From NCBI RefSeq assembly GCF_004010195.1, contig NW_025213520.1:1-33946 (forward strand): a stretch of DNA of 33,946 nucleotides, given 5' to 3'. Source of the DNA: Chiloscyllium plagiosum (taxonomy: Eukaryota). Under the pieces are notes generated by a model. The model made no database searches and was not told the DNA's origin. It was given only the letters and a program-made list of their open reading frames with translations. Each line of letters starts with the position of its first letter. The stretch's first letter is position 1. Both the position numbers and the translations under genes were made by a program. Below, one piece after another: positions 21,233-33,936 of this stretch.

Positions 21233-24200
21233 CCTTCCCATTGGTACTGACACTAGGGCCCGAGTGAGGGGCCTTCCCATTGGTACTGACACTAGGGCCC
21301 GAGTGAGGGGCCTTCCCATTGGTACTGACACTAGGGCCCGAGTGAGGGGCCTTCCCATTGGTACTGACACTAGGGCCCGAGTGAGGGGCCTTCCCATTGG
21401 TACTGACACTAGGGCCCGAGTGAGGGGCCTTCCCATTGGTACTGACACTAGGGCCCGAGTGAGGGGCCTTCCCATTGGTACTGACACTAGGGCCCGAGTG
21501 AGGGGCCTTCCCATTGGTACTGACACTAGGGCCCGAGTGAGGGGCCTTCCCATTGGTACTGACACTAGGGCCCGAGTGAGGGGCCTTCCCATTGGTACTG
21601 ACACTAGGGCCCGAGTGAGGGGCCTTCCCATTGGTACTGACACTAGGGCCCGAGTGAGGGGCCTTCCCATTGGTACTGACACTAGGGCCCGAGTGAGGGG
21701 CCTTCCCATTGGTACTGACACTAGGGCCCGAGTGAGGGGCCTTCCCATTGGTACCGACACTAGGGCCCGAGTGAGGGGCCTTCCCATTGGTACCGACACT
21801 AGGGCCCGAGTGAGGGGCCTTCCCATTGGTACCGACACTAGGGCCCGAGTGAGGGGCCTTCCCATTGGTACCGACACTAGGGCCCGAGTGAGGGGCCTTC
21901 CCATTGGTACCGACACTAGGGCCCGAGTGAGGGGCCTTCCCATTGGTACCGACACTAGGGCCCGAGTGAGGGGCCTTCCCATTGGTACCGACACTAGGGC
22001 CCGAGTGAGGGGCCTTCCCATTGGTACTGACACTAGGGCCCGAGTGAGGGGCCTTCCCATTGGTACTGACACTAGGGCCCGAGTGAGGGGCCTTCCCATT
22101 GGTACTGACACTAGGGCCCGAGTGAGGGGCCTTCCCATTGGTACTGACACTAGGGCCCGAGTGAGGGGCCTTCCCATTGGTACTGACACTAGGGCCCGAG
22201 TGAGGGGCCTTCCCATTGGTACTGACACTAGGGCCCGAGTGAGGGGCCTTCCCATTGGTACTGACACTAGGGCCCGAGTGAGGGGCCTTCCCATTGGTAC
22301 TGACACTAGGGCCCGAGTGAGGGGCCTTCCCATTGGTACTGACACTAGGGCCCGAGTGAGGGGCCTTCCCATTGGTACTGACACTAGGGCCCGAGTGAGG
22401 GGCCTTCCCATTGGTACTGACACTAGGGCCCGAGTGAGGGGCCTTCCCATTGGTACTGACACTAGGGCCCGAGTGAGGGGCCTTCCCATTGGTACTGACA
22501 CTAGGGCCCGAGTGAGGGGCCTTCCCATTGGTACTGACACTAGGGCCCGAGTGAGGGGCCTTCCCATTGGTACTGACACTAGGGCCCGAGTGAGGGGCCT
22601 TCCCATTGGTACTGACACTAGGGCCCGAGTGAGGGGCCTTCCCATTGGTACTGACACTAGGGCCCGAGTGAGGGGCCTTCCCATTGGTACCGACACTAGG
22701 GCCCGAGTGAGGGGCCTTCCCATTGGTACCGACACTAGGGCCCGAGTGAGGGGCCTTCCCATTGGTACCGACACTAGGGCCCGAGTGAGGGGCCTTCCCA
22801 TTGGTACCGACACTAGGGCCCGAGTGAGGGGCCTTCCCATTGGTACCGACACTAGGGCCCGAGTGAGGGGCCTTCCCATTGGTACCGACACTAGGGCCCG
22901 AGTGAGGGGCCTTCCCATTGGTACCGACACTAGGGCCCGAGTGAGGGGCCTTCCCATTGGTACTGACACTAGGGCCCGAGTGAGGGGCCTTCCCATTGGT
23001 ACTGACACTAGGGCCCGAGTGAGGGGCCTTCCCATTGGTACTGACACTAGGGCCCGAGTGAGGGGCCTTCCCATTGGTACTGACACTAGGGCCCGAGTGA
23101 GGGGCCTTCCCATTGGTACTGACACTAGGGCCCGAGTGAGGGGCCTTCCCATTGGTACTGACACTAGGGCCCGAGTGAGGGGCCTTCCCATTGGTACTGA
23201 CACTAGGGCCCGAGTGAGGGGCCTTCCCATTGGTACTGACACTAGGGCCCGAGTGAGGGGCCTTCCCATTGGTACTGACACTAGGGCCCGAGTGAGGGGC
23301 CTTCCCATTGGTACTGACACTAGGGCCCGAGTGAGGGGCCTTCCCATTGGTACTGACACTAGGGCCCGAGTGAGGGGCCTTCCCATTGGTACTGACACTA
23401 GGGCCCGAGTGAGGGGCCTTCCCATTGGTACTGACACTAGGGCCCGAGTGAGGGGCCTTCCCATTGGTACTGACACTAGGGCCCGAGTGAGGGGCCTTCC
23501 CATTGGTACTGACACTAGGGCCCGAGTGAGGGGCCTTCCCATTGGTACTGACACTAGGGCCCGAGTGAGGGGCCTTCCCATTGGTACTGACACTAGGGCC
23601 CGAGTGAGGGGCCTTCCCATTGGTACCGACACTAGGGCCCGAGTGAGGGGCCTTCCCATTGGTACCGACACTAGGGCCCGAGTGAGGGGCCTTCCCATTG
23701 GTACCGACACTAGGGCCCGAGTGAGGGGCCTTCCCATTGGTACCGACACTAGGGCCCGAGTGAGGGGCCTTCCCATTGGTACCGACACTAGGGCCCGAGT
23801 GAGGGGCCTTCCCATTGGTACCGACACTAGGGCCCGAGTGAGGGGCCTTCCCATTGGTACCGACACTAGGGCCCGAGTGAGGGGCCTTCCCATTGGTACT
23901 GACACTAGGGCCCGAGTGAGGGGCCTTCCCATTGGTACTGACACTAGGGCCCGAGTGAGGGGCCTTCCCATTGGTACTGACACTAGGGCCCGAGTGAGGG
24001 GCCTTCCCATTGGTACTGACACTAGGGCCCGAGTGAGGGGCCTTCCCATTGGTACTGACACTAGGGCCCGAGTGAGGGGCCTTCCCATTGGTACTGACAC
24101 TAGGGCCCGAGTGAGGGGCCTTCCCATTGGTACTGACACTAGGGCCCGAGTGAGGGGCCTTCCCATTGGTACTGACACTAGGGCCCGAGTGAGGGGCCTT

Positions 24201-27200
24201 CCCATTGGTACTGACACTAGGGCCCGAGTGAGGGGCCTTCCCATTGGTACTGACACTAGGGCCCGAGTGAGGGGCCTTCCCATTGGTACTGACACTAGGG
24301 CCCGAGTGAGGGGCCTTCCCATTGGTACTGACACTAGGGCCCGAGTGAGGGGCCTTCCCATTGGTACTGACACTAGGGCCCGAGTGAGGGGCCTTCCCAT
24401 TGGTACTGACACTAGGGCCCGAGTGAGGGGCCTTCCCATTGGTACTGACACTAGGGCCCGAGTGAGGGGCCTTCCCATTGGTACTGACACTAGGGCCCGA
24501 GTGAGGGGCCTTCCCATTGGTACTGACACTAGGGCCCGAGTGAGGGGCCTTCCCATTGGTACCGACACTAGGGCCCGAGTGAGGGGCCTTCCCATTGGTA
24601 CCGACACTAGGGCCCGAGTGAGGGGCCTTCCCATTGGTACCGACACTAGGGCCCGAGTGAGGGGCCTTCCCATTGGTACCGACACTAGGGCCCGAGTGAG
24701 GGGCCTTCCCATTGGTACCGACACTAGGGCCCGAGTGAGGGGCCTTCCCATTGGTACCGACACTAGGGCCCGAGTGAGGGGCCTTCCCATTGGTACCGAC
24801 ACTAGGGCCCGAGTGAGGGGCCTTCCCATTGGTACTGACACTAGGGCCCGAGTGAGGGGCCTTCCCATTGGTACTGACACTAGGGCCCGAGTGAGGGGCC
24901 TTCCCATTGGTACTGACACTAGGGCCCGAGTGAGGGGCCTTCCCATTGGTACTGACACTAGGGCCCGAGTGAGGGGCCTTCCCATTGGTACTGACACTAG
25001 GGCCCGAGTGAGGGGCCTTCCCATTGGTACTGACACTAGGGCCCGAGTGAGGGGCCTTCCCATTGGTACTGACACTAGGGCCCGAGTGAGGGGCCTTCCC
25101 ATTGGTACTGACACTAGGGCCCGAGTGAGGGGCCTTCCCATTGGTACTGACACTAGGGCCCGAGTGAGGGGCCTTCCCATTGGTACTGACACTAGGGCCC
25201 GAGTGAGGGGCCTTCCCATTGGTACTGACACTAGGGCCCGAGTGAGGGGCCTTCCCATTGGTACTGACACTAGGGCCCGAGTGAGGGGCCTTCCCATTGG
25301 TACTGACACTAGGGCCCGAGTGAGGGGCCTTCCCATTGGTACTGACACTAGGGCCCGAGTGAGGGGCCTTCCCATTGGTACTGACACTAGGGCCCGAGTG
25401 AGGGGCCTTCCCATTGGTACTGACACTAGGGCCCGAGTGAGGGGCCTTCCCATTGGTACTGACACTAGGGCCCGAGTGAGGGGCCTTCCCATTGGTACCG
25501 ACACTAGGGCCCGAGTGAGGGGCCTTCCCATTGGTACCGACACTAGGGCCCGAGTGAGGGGCCTTCCCATTGGTACCGACACTAGGGCCCGAGTGAGGGG
25601 CCTTCCCATTGGTACCGACACTAGGGCCCGAGTGAGGGGCCTTCCCATTGGTACCGACACTAGGGCCCGAGTGAGGGGCCTTCCCATTGGTACCGACACT
25701 AGGGCCCGAGTGAGGGGCCTTCCCATTGGTACCGACACTAGGGCCCGAGTGAGGGGCCTTCCCATTGGTACTGACACTAGGGCCCGAGTGAGGGGCCTTC
25801 CCATTGGTACTGACACTAGGGCCCGAGTGAGGGGCCTTCCCATTGGTACTGACACTAGGGCCCGAGTGAGGGGCCTTCCCATTGGTACTGACACTAGGGC
25901 CCGAGTGAGGGGCCTTCCCATTGGTACTGACACTAGGGCCCGAGTGAGGGGCCTTCCCATTGGTACTGACACTAGGGCCCGAGTGAGGGGCCTTCCCATT
26001 GGTACTGACACTAGGGCCCGAGTGAGGGGCCTTCCCATTGGTACTGACACTAGGGCCCGAGTGAGGGGCCTTCCCATTGGTACTGACACTAGGGCCCGAG
26101 TGAGGGGCCTTCCCATTGGTACTGACACTAGGGCCCGAGTGAGGGGCCTTCCCATTGGTACTGACACTAGGGCCCGAGTGAGGGGCCTTCCCATTGGTAC
26201 TGACACTAGGGCCCGAGTGAGGGGCCTTCCCATTGGTACTGACACTAGGGCCCGAGTGAGGGGCCTTCCCATTGGTACTGACACTAGGGCCCGAGTGAGG
26301 GGCCTTCCCATTGGTACTGACACTAGGGCCCGAGTGAGGGGCCTTCCCATTGGTACTGACACTAGGGCCCGAGTGAGGGGCCTTCCCATTGGTACTGACA
26401 CTAGGGCCCGAGTGAGGGGCCTTCCCATTGGTACCGACACTAGGGCCCGAGTGAGGGGCCTTCCCATTGGTACCGACACTAGGGCCCGAGTGAGGGGCCT
26501 TCCCATTGGTACCGACACTAGGGCCCGAGTGAGGGGCCTTCCCATTGGTACCGACACTAGGGCCCGAGTGAGGGGCCTTCCCATTGGTACCGACACTAGG
26601 GCCCGAGTGAGGGGCCTTCCCATTGGTACCGACACTAGGGCCCGAGTGAGGGGCCTTCCCATTGGTACCGACACTAGGGCCCGAGTGAGGGGCCTTCCCA
26701 TTGGTACTGACACTAGGGCCCGAGTGAGGGGCCTTCCCATTGGTACTGACACTAGGGCCCGAGTGAGGGGCCTTCCCATTGGTACTGACACTAGGGCCCG
26801 AGTGAGGGGCCTTCCCATTGGTACTGACACTAGGGCCCGAGTGAGGGGCCTTCCCATTGGTACTGACACTAGGGCCCGAGTGAGGGGCCTTCCCATTGGT
26901 ACTGACACTAGGGCCCGAGTGAGGGGCCTTCCCATTGGTACTGACACTAGGGCCCGAGTGAGGGGCCTTCCCATTGGTACTGACACTAGGGCCCGAGTGA
27001 GGGGCCTTCCCATTGGTACTGACACTAGGGCCCGAGTGAGGGGCCTTCCCATTGGTACTGACACTAGGGCCCGAGTGAGGGGCCTTCCCATTGGTACTGA
27101 CACTAGGGCCCGAGTGAGGGGCCTTCCCATTGGTACTGACACTAGGGCCCGAGTGAGGGGCCTTCCCATTGGTACTGACACTAGGGCCCGAGTGAGGGGC

Positions 27201-30200
27201 CTTCCCATTGGTACTGACACTAGGGCCCGAGTGAGGGGCCTTCCCATTGGTACTGACACTAGGGCCCGAGTGAGGGGCCTTCCCATTGGTACTGACACTA
27301 GGGCCCGAGTGAGGGGCCTTCCCATTGGTACTGACACTAGGGCCCGAGTGAGGGGCCTTCCCATTGGTACCGACACTAGGGCCCGAGTGAGGGGCCTTCC
27401 CATTGGTACCGACACTAGGGCCCGAGTGAGGGGCCTTCCCATTGGTACCGACACTAGGGCCCGAGTGAGGGGCCTTCCCATTGGTACCGACACTAGGGCC
27501 CGAGTGAGGGGCCTTCCCATTGGTACCGACACTAGGGCCCGAGTGAGGGGCCTTCCCATTGGTACCGACACTAGGGCCCGAGTGAGGGGCCTTCCCATTG
27601 GTACCGACACTAGGGCCCGAGTGAGGGGCCTTCCCATTGGTACTGACACTAGGGCCCGAGTGAGGGGCCTTCCCATTGGTACTGACACTAGGGCCCGAGT
27701 GAGGGGCCTTCCCATTGGTACTGACACTAGGGCCCGAGTGAGGGGCCTTCCCATTGGTACTGACACTAGGGCCCGAGTGAGGGGCCTTCCCATTGGTACT
27801 GACACTAGGGCCCGAGTGAGGGGCCTTCCCATTGGTACTGACACTAGGGCCCGAGTGAGGGGCCTTCCCATTGGTACTGACACTAGGGCCCGAGTGAGGG
27901 GCCTTCCCATTGGTACTGACACTAGGGCCCGAGTGAGGGGCCTTCCCATTGGTACTGACACTAGGGCCCGAGTGAGGGGCCTTCCCATTGGTACTGACAC
28001 TAGGGCCCGAGTGAGGGGCCTTCCCATTGGTACTGACACTAGGGCCCGAGTGAGGGGCCTTCCCATTGGTACTGACACTAGGGCCCGAGTGAGGGGCCTT
28101 CCCATTGGTACTGACACTAGGGCCCGAGTGAGGGGCCTTCCCATTGGTACTGACACTAGGGCCCGAGTGAGGGGCCTTCCCATTGGTACTGACACTAGGG
28201 CCCGAGTGAGGGGCCTTCCCATTGGTACTGACACTAGGGCCCGAGTGAGGGGCCTTCCCATTGGTACTGACACTAGGGCCCGAGTGAGGGGCCTTCCCAT
28301 TGGTACCGACACTAGGGCCCGAGTGAGGGGCCTTCCCATTGGTACCGACACTAGGGCCCGAGTGAGGGGCCTTCCCATTGGTACCGACACTAGGGCCCGA
28401 GTGAGGGGCCTTCCCATTGGTACCGACACTAGGGCCCGAGTGAGGGGCCTTCCCATTGGTACCGACACTAGGGCCCGAGTGAGGGGCCTTCCCATTGGTA
28501 CCGACACTAGGGCCCGAGTGAGGGGCCTTCCCATTGGTACCGACACTAGGGCCCGAGTGAGGGGCCTTCCCATTGGTACTGACACTAGGGCCCGAGTGAG
28601 GGGCCTTCCCATTGGTACTGACACTAGGGCCCGAGTGAGGGGCCTTCCCATTGGTACTGACACTAGGGCCCGAGTGAGGGGCCTTCCCATTGGTACTGAC
28701 ACTAGGGCCCGAGTGAGGGGCCTTCCCATTGGTACTGACACTAGGGCCCGAGTGAGGGGCCTTCCCATTGGTACTGACACTAGGGCCCGAGTGAGGGGCC
28801 TTCCCATTGGTACTGACACTAGGGCCCGAGTGAGGGGCCTTCCCATTGGTACTGACACTAGGGCCCGAGTGAGGGGCCTTCCCATTGGTACTGACACTAG
28901 GGCCCGAGTGAGGGGCCTTCCCATTGGTACTGACACTAGGGCCCGAGTGAGGGGCCTTCCCATTGGTACTGACACTAGGGCCCGAGTGAGGGGCCTTCCC
29001 ATTGGTACTGACACTAGGGCCCGAGTGAGGGGCCTTCCCATTGGTACTGACACTAGGGCCCGAGTGAGGGGCCTTCCCATTGGTACTGACACTAGGGCCC
29101 GAGTGAGGGGCCTTCCCATTGGTACTGACACTAGGGCCCGAGTGAGGGGCCTTCCCATTGGTACTGACACTAGGGCCCGAGTGAGGGGCCTTCCCATTGG
29201 TACTGACACTAGGGCCCGAGTGAGGGGCCTTCCCATTGGTACCGACACTAGGGCCCGAGTGAGGGGCCTTCCCATTGGTACCGACACTAGGGCCCGAGTG
29301 AGGGGCCTTCCCATTGGTACCGACACTAGGGCCCGAGTGAGGGGCCTTCCCATTGGTACCGACACTAGGGCCCGAGTGAGGGGCCTTCCCATTGGTACCG
29401 ACACTAGGGCCCGAGTGAGGGGCCTTCCCATTGGTACCGACACTAGGGCCCGAGTGAGGGGCCTTCCCATTGGTACCGACACTAGGGCCCGAGTGAGGGG
29501 CCTTCCCATTGGTACTGACACTAGGGCCCGAGTGAGGGGCCTTCCCATTGGTACTGACACTAGGGCCCGAGTGAGGGGCCTTCCCATTGGTACTGACACT
29601 AGGGCCCGAGTGAGGGGCCTTCCCATTGGTACTGACACTAGGGCCCGAGTGAGGGGCCTTCCCATTGGTACTGACACTAGGGCCCGAGTGAGGGGCCTTC
29701 CCATTGGTACTGACACTAGGGCCCGAGTGAGGGGCCTTCCCATTGGTACTGACACTAGGGCCCGAGTGAGGGGCCTTCCCATTGGTACTGACACTAGGGC
29801 CCGAGTGAGGGGCCTTCCCATTGGTACTGACACTAGGGCCCGAGTGAGGGGCCTTCCCATTGGTACTGACACTAGGGCCCGAGTGAGGGGCCTTCCCATT
29901 GGTACTGACACTAGGGCCCGAGTGAGGGGCCTTCCCATTGGTACTGACACTAGGGCCCGAGTGAGGGGCCTTCCCATTGGTACTGACACTAGGGCCCGAG
30001 TGAGGGGCCTTCCCATTGGTACTGACACTAGGGCCCGAGTGAGGGGCCTTCCCATTGGTACTGACACTAGGGCCCGAGTGAGGGGCCTTCCCATTGGTAC
30101 TGACACTAGGGCCCGAGTGAGGGGCCTTCCCATTGGTACTGACACTAGGGCCCGAGTGAGGGGCCTTCCCATTGGTACCGACACTAGGGCCCGAGTGAGG

Positions 30201-33200
30201 GGCCTTCCCATTGGTACCGACACTAGGGCCCGAGTGAGGGGCCTTCCCATTGGTACCGACACTAGGGCCCGAGTGAGGGGCCTTCCCATTGGTACCGACA
30301 CTAGGGCCCGAGTGAGGGGCCTTCCCATTGGTACCGACACTAGGGCCCGAGTGAGGGGCCTTCCCATTGGTACCGACACTAGGGCCCGAGTGAGGGGCCT
30401 TCCCATTGGTACCGACACTAGGGCCCGAGTGAGGGGCCTTCCCATTGGTACTGACACTAGGGCCCGAGTGAGGGGCCTTCCCATTGGTACTGACACTAGG
30501 GCCCGAGTGAGGGGCCTTCCCATTGGTACTGACACTAGGGCCCGAGTGAGGGGCCTTCCCATTGGTACTGACACTAGGGCCCGAGTGAGGGGCCTTCCCA
30601 TTGGTACTGACACTAGGGCCCGAGTGAGGGGCCTTCCCATTGGTACTGACACTAGGGCCCGAGTGAGGGGCCTTCCCATTGGTACTGACACTAGGGCCCG
30701 AGTGAGGGGCCTTCCCATTGGTACTGACACTAGGGCCCGAGTGAGGGGCCTTCCCATTGGTACTGACACTAGGGCCCGAGTGAGGGGCCTTCCCATTGGT
30801 ACTGACACTAGGGCCCGAGTGAGGGGCCTTCCCATTGGTACTGACACTAGGGCCCGAGTGAGGGGCCTTCCCATTGGTACTGACACTAGGGCCCGAGTGA
30901 GGGGCCTTCCCATTGGTACTGACACTAGGGCCCGAGTGAGGGGCCTTCCCATTGGTACTGACACTAGGGCCCGAGTGAGGGGCCTTCCCATTGGTACTGA
31001 CACTAGGGCCCGAGTGAGGGGCCTTCCCATTGGTACTGACACTAGGGCCCGAGTGAGGGGCCTTCCCATTGGTACTGACACTAGGGCCCGAGTGAGGGGC
31101 CTTCCCATTGGTACCGACACTAGGGCCCGAGTGAGGGGCCTTCCCATTGGTACCGACACTAGGGCCCGAGTGAGGGGCCTTCCCATTGGTACCGACACTA
31201 GGGCCCGAGTGAGGGGCCTTCCCATTGGTACCGACACTAGGGCCCGAGTGAGGGGCCTTCCCATTGGTACCGACACTAGGGCCCGAGTGAGGGGCCTTCC
31301 CATTGGTACCGACACTAGGGCCCGAGTGAGGGGCCTTCCCATTGGTACCGACACTAGGGCCCGAGTGAGGGGCCTTCCCATTGGTACTGACACTAGGGCC
31401 CGAGTGAGGGGCCTTCCCATTGGTACTGACACTAGGGCCCGAGTGAGGGGCCTTCCCATTGGTACTGACACTAGGGCCCGAGTGAGGGGCCTTCCCATTG
31501 GTACTGACACTAGGGCCCGAGTGAGGGGCCTTCCCATTGGTACTGACACTAGGGCCCGAGTGAGGGGCCTTCCCATTGGTACTGACACTAGGGCCCGAGT
31601 GAGGGGCCTTCCCATTGGTACTGACACTAGGGCCCGAGTGAGGGGCCTTCCCATTGGTACTGACACTAGGGCCCGAGTGAGGGGCCTTCCCATTGGTACT
31701 GACACTAGGGCCCGAGTGAGGGGCCTTCCCATTGGTACTGACACTAGGGCCCGAGTGAGGGGCCTTCCCATTGGTACTGACACTAGGGCCCGAGTGAGGG
31801 GCCTTCCCATTGGTACTGACACTAGGGCCCGAGTGAGGGGCCTTCCCATTGGTACTGACACTAGGGCCCGAGTGAGGGGCCTTCCCATTGGTACTGACAC
31901 TAGGGCCCGAGTGAGGGGCCTTCCCATTGGTACTGACACTAGGGCCCGAGTGAGGGGCCTTCCCATTGGTACTGACACTAGGGCCCGAGTGAGGGGCCTT
32001 CCCATTGGTACTGACACTAGGGCCCGAGTGAGGGGCCTTCCCATTGGTACTGACACTAGGGCCCGAGTGTGGGGCCTTCCCATTGGTACTGACACTAGGG
32101 CCCGAGTGTGGGGCCTTCCCATTGGTACTGACACTAGGGCCCGAGTGTGGGGCCTTCCCATTGGTACTGACACTAGGGCCCGAGTGTGGGGCCTTCCCAT
32201 TGGTACTGACACTAGGGCCCGAGTGTGGGGCCTTCCCATTGGTACTGACACTAGGGCCCGAGTGTGGGGCCTTCCCATTGGTACTGACACTAGGGCCCGA
32301 GTGTGGGGCCTTCCCATTGGTACTGACACTAGGGCCCGAGTGTGGGGCCTTCCCATTGGTACTGACACTAGGGCCCGAGTGTGGGGCCTTCCCATTGGTA
32401 CTGACACTAGGGCCCGAGTGTGGGGCCTTCCCATTGGTACTGACACTAGGGCCCGAGTGTGGGGCCTTCCCATTGGTACTGACACTAGGGCCCGAGTGTG
32501 GGGCCTTCCCATTGGTACTGACACTAGGGCCCGAGTGTGGGGCCTTCCCATTGGTACTGACACTAGGGCCCGAGTGTGGGGCCTTCCCATTGGTACTGAC
32601 ACTAGGGCCCGAGTGTGGGGCCTTCCCATTGGTACTGACACTAGGGCCCGAGTGAGGGGCCTTCCCATTGGTACTGACACTAGGGCCCGAGTGAGGGGGC
32701 TTCCCATTGGTACTGACACTAGGGCCCGAGTGAGGGGGCTTCCCATTGGTACTGACACTAGGGCCCGAGTGAGGGGGCTTCCCATTGGTACTGACACTAG
32801 GGCCCGAGTGAGGGGGCTTCCCATTGGTACTGACACTAGGGCCCGAGTGAGGGGGCTTCCCATTGGTACTGACACTAGGGCCCGAGTGAGGGGGCTTCCC
32901 ATTGGTACTGACACTAGGGCCCGAGTGAGGGGGCTTCCCATTGGTACTGACACTAGGGCCCGAGTGAGGGGGCTTCCCATTGGTACTGACACTAGGGCCC
33001 GAGTGAGGGGGCTTCCCATTGGTACTGACACTAGGGCCCGAGTGAGGGGGCTTCCCATTGGTACTGACACTAGGGCCCGAGTGAGGGGGCTTCCCATTGG
33101 TACTGACACTAGGGCCCGAGTGAGGGGGCTTCCCATTGGTACTGACACTAGGGCCCGAGTGAGGGGGCTTCCCATTGGTACTGACACTAGGGCCCGAGTG

Positions 33201-33320
33201 AGGGGGCTTCCCATTGGTAATGACACTAGGGCCCGAGTGAGGGGCCTTCCCATTGGTACCGACACTAGGGCCTGAGTGAGGGGGCTTCCCATTGGTACCG
33301 ACACTAGGACCCGAGTGAGG
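21233..33320. repeat. 39-bp tandem minisatellite/satellite array, about 310 units
   Basis: Unit CCTTCCCATTGGTAC(T/C)GACACTAGGGCCCGAGTG(A/T)GGGG. 12088 bp / 39 is about 310. No indels are visible. Confidence 0.99.
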
Positions 33321-33404
33321 TGGGAATAGTTTTGATCCGAGTTGGGGAGTATTTCCTTTAGACTGAGTGGGGGTGTGCTGGGGTGACTCTGAGGACCTCA
33401 TTGT

Positions 33405-33600
33405 CGCAGATCCTTGTGGAGACCAAGTGTAATTAAATATGTTGAGGGTATTTAAGGCAGAGGTAGGTCAGTTCTTAATTAGTAAAGGGGCCAAAGGTGA
33501 TAGGAGATGGCGGATGAGTGGGGTTGTGACACCTATCGGCCATGATGGAATGGTGGAACAGGCTCAATGGGCCAAATGCCCCAATATCTTCTGGTCTTTT
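33405..33600 (+). mobile_element. Decayed CR1-type LINE 3' end
   Basis: LRVFKAEVGQFLISKGAKG, then a 3' UTR GCCATGATGGAATGGTGGAACAGGCTCAATGGGCCAAATG similar to the copy at 2231-2507. Confidence 0.7.
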
Positions 33601-33669
33601 GTTTTTACAAACTCAGCGGGATGTCACCTGTTGAGAAGTCCTGCCTTTGGATGTCCACCGTACTAAAGC

Positions 33670-33694
33670 CTCTCTCTCTCTCTCTCTCTCTCTC
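33670..33694. repeat. (CT)n microsatellite
   Basis: Directly visible. Confidence 0.95.
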
Positions 33695-33787
33695 CACCTT
33701 TCTCTCTGTGCCTGTCTCTATCCATCCCTTACCATCTCCCTTGGTTTCTAGATTGACGTTCGGAGTTGCTGGGTGCTGGGCCCAACA

Positions 33788-33827
33788 CTAACCTTCCTCT
33801 CTCTCTCTCTCTCTCTCTCCCTTTTAG
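33788..33827 (+). promoter_or_regulatory. 3' splice-site region: branch point, (CT)n polypyrimidine tract, AG
   Basis: CTAAC at 33788-33792, (CT)11 at 33797-33818, then CCCTTTTAG ending at 33827. Confidence 0.85.
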
Positions 33828-33936
33828 ATTTGGCCGATGGCCTTGATGGTGAGCTTGGTGTTTACTGTTACCATTGGTGTATTCCCGGCAGTAACCGTTG
33901 ATGTGAAATCTAACATCTCTGCTGATGGCACGTGGG
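33828..33936 (+). CDS. SLC29A1: Internal coding exon of equilibrative nucleoside transporter 1 (TM7 region)
   Basis: AG|ATT...TGG G|GTAAGT; 109 bp, phase 0 to 1. It translates IWPMALMVSLVFTVTIGVFPAVTVDVKSNISADGTW, which aligns without gaps to human ENT1 ISVLAFSVCFIFTITIGMFPAVTVEVKSSIAGSSTW (recalled). The TIGxFPAVTVxVKS motif favours ENT1 over ENT2. Confidence 0.88.

Noticed and set aside
21233..33320. CRISPR array
   Set aside because: There are no unique spacers and no cas genes, and the context is vertebrate.
21233..33320. Ribozyme-containing satellite (like newt satellite 2 or schistosome Sm-alpha)
   Set aside because: The unit has no CUGANGA or GAAA on either strand.
21233..33320. Canonical G-quadruplex array
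   Set aside because: G-tracts are separated by 9- and 23-nt loops and compete with C-tracts on the same strand.
21093..33401. Three ~4000-aa ORFs as giant repeat proteins
   Set aside because: They follow automatically from a 39-bp (3x13) unit that lacks stops in three frames. They overlap on both strands, their unique ends lie in a SINE or flank, and they have no signal peptide or domain. The variants are not consistently synonymous in any one frame.
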